From the NCBI GenBank assembly GCA_963764625.1, contig CAVXTH010000007.1, positions 255,250 through 319,249 on the forward strand: a DNA stretch of 64,000 nt, given 5' to 3'. The translations under genes were made by a program, and so were the position numbers. Source of the stretch: Candidatus Krumholzibacteriota bacterium. Its GTDB lineage: Bacteria; Krumholzibacteriota; Krumholzibacteriia; JAJRXK01. The notes under the pieces were generated by a model. It made no database searches and was not told where the DNA came from. It worked only from the letters and a program-made list of their open reading frames with translations. Numbering within the stretch: the first letter of the stretch is position 1; every line of letters starts with the position of its first letter. Positions 57,773 to 64,000 of this stretch are shown piece by piece.

Positions 57773-58378
57773 TTACTTGGCCGCCAGTAGCTCGTCGATC
57801 TTCGCGTTAAGCTCTTTGTCGGTAGGCGTGGTCTTGGGGGCGAAGCGATAGAGTACGTGCCCCTCTTTGTCCACGAGGTACTTCGTGAAATTCCAGCTCG
57901 GCTCTTCGAGTCGGCGGGTGAGAAAGGAGTAGACCTCGTCCTTGTCGCTGCCTTTCACGTGGCGCTTAGAGAAGAGAGGGAAGGTCACGTGGTACTTGTT
58001 CGTGCAGAACGCGCGGATTTCCTCCGGGGTGCCCGGCTCTTGATGCAAGAAGTCGTTGGAGGGGAAGCCCAGGATGACGAACCCGTCGTCCTTCTTCTGC
58101 TTGTAGAGAGTCTCCAGATCCTGGTATTGGGGAGTGAATCCGCACTTACTGGCCACGTTGACCACCAGTGCGACCTCGCCCTTGTAATCGGAGAGAGAGA
58201 CCGGTTTGCCTTCCAAAGTCGTCGTCTTCAGGTCGTAGAAGGAAGCGGTGGAATCGCCGCTGGCTTCGGGATCGGCATAGGCCACCTGAACGCCTCCTTG
58301 GAGCTTCGCGACCATCTTCCAACTGAAGACACCCGCGACGAGAAGTACCGCGACCAAAATGAAAATGCCCGTCTTCAT
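57773..58378 (-). CDS. Glutathione peroxidase family protein (Cys type) with N-terminal membrane/signal segment
   Basis: VNVASKCGFTPQY, LGFPSNDF..QEPG, WNFTKYLVD; AAGGA RBS before ATG 58378. Confidence 0.92.
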   Translation of the reverse strand: MKTGIFILVAVLLVAGVFSWKMVAKLQGGVQVAYADPEASGDSTASFYDLKTTTLEGKPVSLSDYKGEVALVVNVASKCGFTPQYQDLETLYKQKKDDGFVILGFPSNDFLHQEPGTPEEIRAFCTNKYHVTFPLFSKRHVKGSDKDEVYSFLTRRLEEPSWNFTKYLVDKEGHVLYRFAPKTTPTDKELNAKIDELLAAK

Positions 58379-58595
58379 GGAGTCCTTGCCCTTTGGGGAG
58401 TAGATGTGCCATAGCATAGCTCGAAGGATGGAAAGCCGCGAGGGGAGCCACCAGAGTGGCCAGTTCCCGTATACGTCGGCAACGACGTCGAATCCCGACT
58501 GCAACTCCTTGATTTTGTTCTCCGTATGCTCTTTGATCGTGGCGCCAGTTCGGCCCCGTGCTCGTGGGGGATTCGCCCGCTGACTGGAGTGACTC

Positions 58596-59534
58596 ATGTC
58601 CATTGTTCTCGAAGTCGAAAACCTGCGCAAAACATTCGGAGATCTGGTCGCGGTGGACGGGATTTCCTTTTCGGTGAAAGAAGGGGAGATCTTCGGATTC
58701 CTCGGTCCCAACGGCGCGGGCAAGACCACCACCATCTCGATGATCTGCGGCCTACTGCAGCCCAGCGACGGCGAAATCCGCGTCGAAGGGCTCTCCCTCG
58801 CGGAGAACGCGCGCGAGGTCAAACGGCGACTCGGCGTGGTGCCCCAGGAAGTCGCGGTGTACTCCGAGCTCTCGGCAAAGGAGAACCTGCGTTTCTGGGG
58901 TGGCATCTACGGGATCAAGGGAAGCGAGCTGCGCCAGCGCGTCGAGGAGTTGCTGGTGCAGGTGGGTCTGGAAGAGAGGGCCAAGGAGCCGGTGAAGAAC
59001 TTTTCGGGGGGAATGAAACGGCGCCTCAATCTGGCCATGGGACTGATCCATCGGCCCAAGCTCATCCTGCTCGACGAACCCACGGTGGGGATCGATCCCC
59101 AGGCGCGGCACAAGATCCTGGAGATCGTGGAGAACATAACCAAGAGCGGGCAGACGGTCCTCTACACCACGCACTATCTCGAGGAAGCCGAGTCGTTCTG
59201 CGACCGGCTCGCGATCATCGATAAGGGGAAGATCCTGGCCGAGGGCAGTGTGGAGCAGCTCAAGGCCCAGGTGGGAGAGGGAAGCCTCCTGACGGTGAAA
59301 GGGGACTTCAGCGCCTCGGGCCTGCGCGAGATCGTGTCCGGACTTCAGGGACTTCAGGCGGTGGAGATCGGCGACGGACACGCCATGCTCCTCGTCCCGC
59401 GCGAGAGCCGCGGGGTGGCGCCGGCCCTGGAAGGACTCTACGGCGCGGGGCTTCATCTGGATGACGTCCTCATCAAAGAACCCAACCTGGAGGACCTGTT
59501 CCTGAGGCTCACCGGAAGGGAGCTGCGCGACTGA
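58596..59534 (+). CDS. ABC-2 exporter ATP-binding subunit
   Basis: GPNGAGKTT, FSGGMKRR, LLDEPTVGID. Confidence 0.95.
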   Translation: MSIVLEVENLRKTFGDLVAVDGISFSVKEGEIFGFLGPNGAGKTTTISMICGLLQPSDGEIRVEGLSLAENAREVKRRLGVVPQEVAVYSELSAKENLRFWGGIYGIKGSELRQRVEELLVQVGLEERAKEPVKNFSGGMKRRLNLAMGLIHRPKLILLDEPTVGIDPQARHKILEIVENITKSGQTVLYTTHYLEEAESFCDRLAIIDKGKILAEGSVEQLKAQVGEGSLLTVKGDFSASGLREIVSGLQGLQAVEIGDGHAMLLVPRESRGVAPALEGLYGAGLHLDDVLIKEPNLEDLFLRLTGRELRD

Positions 59535-60781
59535 TGTGGCCGCTCATTCGCAAGGACTTCCTGAGGCGCTGGCACTCGCCGGCTTCCACTCTGGCCATGC
59601 TCATCTTTCCCCTCTTCATGAGTATCACCATCGGCTCGCTCATGGGAAACGGGAGCAACGATCAGGAGTTCCCCGTGATGCACATCTTGGTGGAGAACCG
59701 CGACGTTGATGGAGCACTCAGCGGGTTGATCATGGGCGCACTGGGACAGGAAGAGGCCAAGAAGCGCATCGACGCCACCCCGGTCGAGGTGGGCACTGGC
59801 GAGGCGATGATGGAGAAGGGCAAGGCCAGTGCGCTGTTGATCTTTCCCGAGAACTTCACTGACGACGTTCTGAATCGCCGTGAGACCTCCATCACGGTGG
59901 TGCGCAATCCCAGCGAGGGGATCACGCCCGAGATCGCGGTCGAGGGCGCGGGGGTCCTGGCGACCTATCTGGACAACGCAGCCCGCCTGTTGGGCGACGA
60001 TCTGGGTGAGTTACAGAGCATGTTCGACCGGAATCGTCTTCCTGTCGCGGCTCAGGTCGGTGCGATTGCGGTGAGGATCACCGAGAAAGTCAACGGAGTC
60101 AGCCGCTACCTCCTGCCTCCTCTGGTGAAAGTCGATTCGAAGAAGGGGAAGTCGGACAACGCGCCGGGCTTTTCGGTCTTCGCCTACGTCCTCGTGATGA
60201 CGACGGTGATGGCGGTGATGTTCGTCGCGGTGCGGTCGATCGGAGACCTCTTCGAGGAGAGCAAGAGTGGGATGCTGCGCCGTCAGCTCTCCTCGCCTCT
60301 GCCTCTCTCGCACATCGTGGCGGCCAAGTTCTTCTTCGGCGTCCTGATCGGAGTGGTCGTGACGGCCATGCTGGCGGTGATCGGATTTCTCATGCGCTGG
60401 ATCGAGGCCCCGGTGGACCTTCCGGCCGCGGTGCTACTCACCATCGCGTTCAGCGCCTCGGTCTGTGGCCTCCTCTCGATGGTCTTCGCGGTCTGCACCA
60501 CCGAAAAGCAGGCCGGCATCCTTTCGTGGCTCATCATCATGGGGATGAGCGCGGTGGGCGGAAGCCTCATCCCGATCGAGGCCATGCCGACGGCGATGCG
60601 CCACGCTGCGCGCTTCACGGTGAACTACTGGGTCGTGGATGGATTCAGGGCGATCCTCTTCGAGGGAGCCACCACGTCAGCAATTCTGAACAACCTGCTC
60701 GTTTTGATCGGGATCGCCGTGATTGGAATTGCCTTGGGGCAGGTGCTGCTCACCCGGCGGTTGCGGGAGGTGCACGCATGA
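59534..60781 (+). CDS. ABC-2 exporter permease
   Basis: N-terminal TM, large loop, C-terminal TMs; coupled to the ATPase. Confidence 0.88.
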   Translation: MWPLIRKDFLRRWHSPASTLAMLIFPLFMSITIGSLMGNGSNDQEFPVMHILVENRDVDGALSGLIMGALGQEEAKKRIDATPVEVGTGEAMMEKGKASALLIFPENFTDDVLNRRETSITVVRNPSEGITPEIAVEGAGVLATYLDNAARLLGDDLGELQSMFDRNRLPVAAQVGAIAVRITEKVNGVSRYLLPPLVKVDSKKGKSDNAPGFSVFAYVLVMTTVMAVMFVAVRSIGDLFEESKSGMLRRQLSSPLPLSHIVAAKFFFGVLIGVVVTAMLAVIGFLMRWIEAPVDLPAAVLLTIAFSASVCGLLSMVFAVCTTEKQAGILSWLIIMGMSAVGGSLIPIEAMPTAMRHAARFTVNYWVVDGFRAILFEGATTSAILNNLLVLIGIAVIGIALGQVLLTRRLREVHA

Positions 60782-61983
60782 GACGCATCCTGCACCTGGC
60801 CCTGCACGACACGCGTCTGTTTTTGATGCAGCGCGAGAACTTCTTCTTCATGTTCGGCATGCCGGTCCTTTTCATGCTCTTCTTCAGCACGGTTCTGGGT
60901 GGATCGGGCAATGACCCCAAGAAGATCGAGATCGCGCTAAACGTGGTCAATCAGGACGAGGGCTTTCTTTCCACCGTGTTCTTGCGGCAACTGCAGGCCC
61001 AGAACTTCGATCTGCAGACGATCAGCCCGCAACGGGCCGACAGCACCGGCTTCGTGCGCGTCCTGCGCATTCCCGCGGATTTCACCGAGAGAGTGCTCGC
61101 GGCAAAGCAGGTCGATCTGAGCTTCGAGAAAGAGGCCAACAGCAACGTCGACTTCGATGTCGCGGCCAGCGTGCACCTGCATCGCGCCCAGGTGGCCTTC
61201 TTGGGTAATTTGATCGCCTGGAGTCAGGATCTTCCCGATACGAATATGAGCGAGTCGCAGCTCAGCGAAGTGGAGAAGGGGCGCCTGCTCGCCATGGCGG
61301 CCGAACCCAGCCGGGTCAAGGTCATCGACAAGATCGCGGGCCATGGACGCCCGGTACCTCATGGCGCCGGGCAGTCGATCCCGGGAATGTTGGCCATGTT
61401 CGTGGTAATGACGGTGCTCATCGGCGGCAGCGAGACCCTGACCAAGGAGAAGTACGGGGGAACCCTCGCGCGTTTGGCATCGACGCCGTTCTCGCGCTCG
61501 GAGATTCTGGCGGGGAAGGTGTTGCACCTCACCCTGGTGGGCCTGGTGCAGGCGGTAGTGCTCATGGCGGCGGGGCAATTCATCGGCGCCATCCATCTCT
61601 TCGGAATCGACTTCAGTTGGGGGCCGCACGTGGCAACCCTGGTATTCATGATGGTGCCCTACGCCTTCGCGGTCGCCTGTCTCACTCTGTTCATCAGTGG
61701 ACTCTTTCGCACTACGCAGCAGGCGGAGAGTCTAGCCTGGCTTGCCGGCATGATCATCGCGGCTCTGGGTGGCTGTTGGTGGCCACTGGAAATGATGCCC
61801 CACGGGGCGCGGCTGTTGGCGCAACTCTTTCCCAGCTACTGGGCCATGCGCGGCTTCCACGCGCTCATCACTTTTGGTCTGGGCCCGGCCAGCGTGGCGC
61901 TTCCGGTGATGGTATTGACGGTCTTCGGGCTCATCTTCGCGGTCCTGGGCAGCCGCAGCATGCGCGTGAGCCAGGCGGGCTGA
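60778..61983 (+). CDS. ABC-2 exporter permease
   Basis: EKYGGTLARL..TP; LGGCWWPLEMMP; ATGA overlap. Confidence 0.88.
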   Translation: MRRILHLALHDTRLFLMQRENFFFMFGMPVLFMLFFSTVLGGSGNDPKKIEIALNVVNQDEGFLSTVFLRQLQAQNFDLQTISPQRADSTGFVRVLRIPADFTERVLAAKQVDLSFEKEANSNVDFDVAASVHLHRAQVAFLGNLIAWSQDLPDTNMSESQLSEVEKGRLLAMAAEPSRVKVIDKIAGHGRPVPHGAGQSIPGMLAMFVVMTVLIGGSETLTKEKYGGTLARLASTPFSRSEILAGKVLHLTLVGLVQAVVLMAAGQFIGAIHLFGIDFSWGPHVATLVFMMVPYAFAVACLTLFISGLFRTTQQAESLAWLAGMIIAALGGCWWPLEMMPHGARLLAQLFPSYWAMRGFHALITFGLGPASVALPVMVLTVFGLIFAVLGSRSMRVSQAG

Positions 61984-62056
61984 GTTCGCCGCAGGCGCTG
62001 ACGATCATTGGGCGACAGGCTCAATCCCGTGCGTCGTACTCCGCGCCGCATCGCCT

Positions 62057-62944
62057 TCAGCGTAGCAGCGTCTTTAGAGTGCGGTCCTTCTCTTCCCAGA
62101 GCGTGCGCACGTATTCCTGAAAGCGGGCGCGGTACTCGGGGTCGTTCAGATAGTCTCCCTCGAGGAGTTCGTGGGGAATCTTCAAGCTGCGCGCGCGAAC
62201 CGCAATGATGGGCACTTGGCCGCCGAGGTAGCGCAGGAAGTTCGGGGTTCCCTCAGGATAGGCGATAGTCAGGTCGAGGAGACGGGTGATCTTACCCTCC
62301 ATGGCGCTCAGGGCGTAGGACGCGCCCCCGGCTCGTGGTCGCAAGAGGTAACGATAGGGAGACTCCTGCCGCTCATGCTTCCGCGCGCTCAAGCGCGTTC
62401 CCTCCGCGAAATTGATGATCGACACCGGGAGACCGCGGTAGCGCCGGCACATGCGCCGCACGGTCTCGAGGTCCCGTCCGGCGCTCTCGGGGTGACGCGC
62501 GAGAAACTCGCGGCTGTGACGGCGCAGCGCGGGGTAATCCAATCCCCAGAATACCGGTCCGATGAGCGGCAAGAGCAGAAGCTGGTGCTTCAAGAAGAAG
62601 CGCGGGAAGGGAACGCGCCTGGCCATCACCACGAGCAGCACCAGAACGTCGATCCAGCTCTGGTGGTTGGCAATGACGAGGCAGGAGGTCGTAGGCGACA
62701 GCGCGCCCTCGACTCGGATATCCCAACGAGTGGGCAAGAGATGTTTCTGGATCCAGACCATCCCATCCGCCCATCGGGCGCAGAATTGGGTGATCTCTAC
62801 CGCGAGACGGGTGCGCCAGGAGGGCACGAGCAGCTTCAGGAGAATCAGGAGGTAGACCGGCAGGCACACGAGTGCGGTGAGGAGCACGGCCAAGCCCAGA
62901 ATGAAGGTCGCACGCAGAATCGACCCGAGACGGGAAGTGAACAT
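62057..62944 (-). CDS. Lysophospholipid acyltransferase (YihG-like)
   Basis: NHQSWID, FFLK, NFAEGTR, LLRPRAGG. Confidence 0.88.
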   Translation of the reverse strand: MFTSRLGSILRATFILGLAVLLTALVCLPVYLLILLKLLVPSWRTRLAVEITQFCARWADGMVWIQKHLLPTRWDIRVEGALSPTTSCLVIANHQSWIDVLVLLVVMARRVPFPRFFLKHQLLLLPLIGPVFWGLDYPALRRHSREFLARHPESAGRDLETVRRMCRRYRGLPVSIINFAEGTRLSARKHERQESPYRYLLRPRAGGASYALSAMEGKITRLLDLTIAYPEGTPNFLRYLGGQVPIIAVRARSLKIPHELLEGDYLNDPEYRARFQEYVRTLWEEKDRTLKTLLR

Positions 62945-62970
62945 CGTGCACCCTCTGTTCAAGCAGGCTC

Positions 62971-63882
62971 TCAGTTGACGGTCAGACCATCGTCCTCATC
63001 CATCCATGGGTTGTTGCGGTCGAGGGTATCCGCCCAGGCCCCGCCCGGCGCGGTCAAGGCGAGCAACCGGCCGTCTCCGGCGATATCCGCCAGGGCGTCG
63101 GCCTCGGCAGCTGGATCGCTGGGACCATGCAAGAGAATCTCCCGAGCCACCTCTCCGTAGGCGAGCGCGCCGCGCGTGTGCGGCGCGTGAATCACCAGCG
63201 GTCGGCCCTTCTCCGTCATCTCCTGCATGCGGACGGTGCGCGGAACCATCGAAACCATCACGCGGTCACCGTGATTCTCGTAGAGCTGGTTGACGACCTT
63301 ACGGCTCCCGCGCGTACGCAGATCGACCATGGTTAAAAGGAAACCCTCACACTCGAGGTCGGGGTTGGCCGTCTCGCGGATCTCCTCGGTCACTTCGAGG
63401 ACACGATCGAGAGTACGGTAGCTGAGTTCCTCCGCCTGCACCGGCACCAGATAGGAGTCGGCCGCGGCCAAACAGGCGCGGCTCAGGGTGCCCATGGTAG
63501 CCGGGCTGTCCAGGATCACCATCTCGAAGCGATCGCGCAGCTCATCGGTGAGTTCGCGCAGGACGAAGAGATTTTCTCGGGCGAGCTTCTGGAGATTCTC
63601 CTCGAGACCGGTATCGACTTTGCCCGCGGGGAGCAGTTGCAATCCCTCGACCGAGGTCTCGTGTATCGCCTCCTCGAGCGATGACCAGCCTCGCATGACC
63701 TCGCCCAGCCCCGTCGGCTGCGCCGCCTTCAGCGCGAGACTCTCGGCCAGCCCGCCCTGGGGGTCCACTTCCACCAGTAGGACGCTCCGGCCTTCCTGAG
63801 CGAATGCGGCGGCGAGATTCGCGGCGGTGGTGGTTTTGCCCACGCCGCCCTTCTGCGAGATGATGGCGATGACCTTGGCCAT
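62971..63882 (-). CDS. ParA/Soj family ATPase
   Basis: SQKGGVGKTTT, VDPQG, ILDSP, VPVQAE. Confidence 0.9.
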   Translation of the reverse strand: MAKVIAIISQKGGVGKTTTAANLAAAFAQEGRSVLLVEVDPQGGLAESLALKAAQPTGLGEVMRGWSSLEEAIHETSVEGLQLLPAGKVDTGLEENLQKLARENLFVLRELTDELRDRFEMVILDSPATMGTLSRACLAAADSYLVPVQAEELSYRTLDRVLEVTEEIRETANPDLECEGFLLTMVDLRTRGSRKVVNQLYENHGDRVMVSMVPRTVRMQEMTEKGRPLVIHAPHTRGALAYGEVAREILLHGPSDPAAEADALADIAGDGRLLALTAPGGAWADTLDRNNPWMDEDDGLTVN

Positions 63883-64000
63883 GGAGCGGTCCTCCGGAGA
63901 TGACAGGATGAATTCGAGCTTTCGAGGGTGGGGCAAGGCGATCAAGGTAGTGCATTGCGCGTGTGGTTTCCACCCCTTGTCCGCGCTTTCTCCACCTTTT

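Noticed and set aside
58140-58160. Selenocysteine in the glutathione peroxidase
   Set aside because: Active-site codon is TGC (Cys) and the frame is open
1-64000. IS elements, integrases, integron attC array, rRNA
   Set aside because: No recognisable transposase or recombinase motifs, repeated attC-like sites or rRNA sequence seen by eye; degenerate copies could be missed

Overview
GC-rich bacterial window. Several secreted proteins end in a FlgD-Ig/T9SS-like 'PNPFNP...WDG..D..G..V.SG.Y.YRL' tail, which suggests an FCB-related lineage such as Krumholzibacteriota, Latescibacterota or Eisenbacteria (inference). Layout: (1) 0.7-5.4 kb, divergent arsenic-resistance cluster (arsR-arsP-trx-arsF-like-arsG-like and arsR-acr3) with visible promoter and operator palindromes; (2) 5.4-16.4 kb, stress and envelope accessory genes; (3) tRNA-Arg(TCT) at 16465-16541, with a copy of its 5' end 7 kb upstream and of its 3' end 3.6 kb downstream, and no integrase in the window; (4) 16.8-33.7 kb, secreted proteins (frameshifted LVIVD protein, two fibre-like 'YQG' proteins, a GGFW-domain CTD protein, a beta-propeller CTD protein), a Ser/Thr kinase with an ECF43-like sigma, several gene remnants, and an orphan Hcp (T6SS tube) domain fused to a Sec signal peptide and a CTD; (5) 35-52 kb, pentose-phosphate operon divergent from a sucrose cluster (sps, fructokinase, sucrose synthase, SPP-TreZ fusion); (6) 52-64 kb, kinase, lamin-tail CTD protein, glutathione peroxidase, ABC-2 exporter, acyltransferase and ParA. 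Best novelty candidates: the signal peptide-Hcp-CTD fusion and the GGFW/YQG-fibre gene pair. All family calls come from motif recognition by eye; no searches were run.
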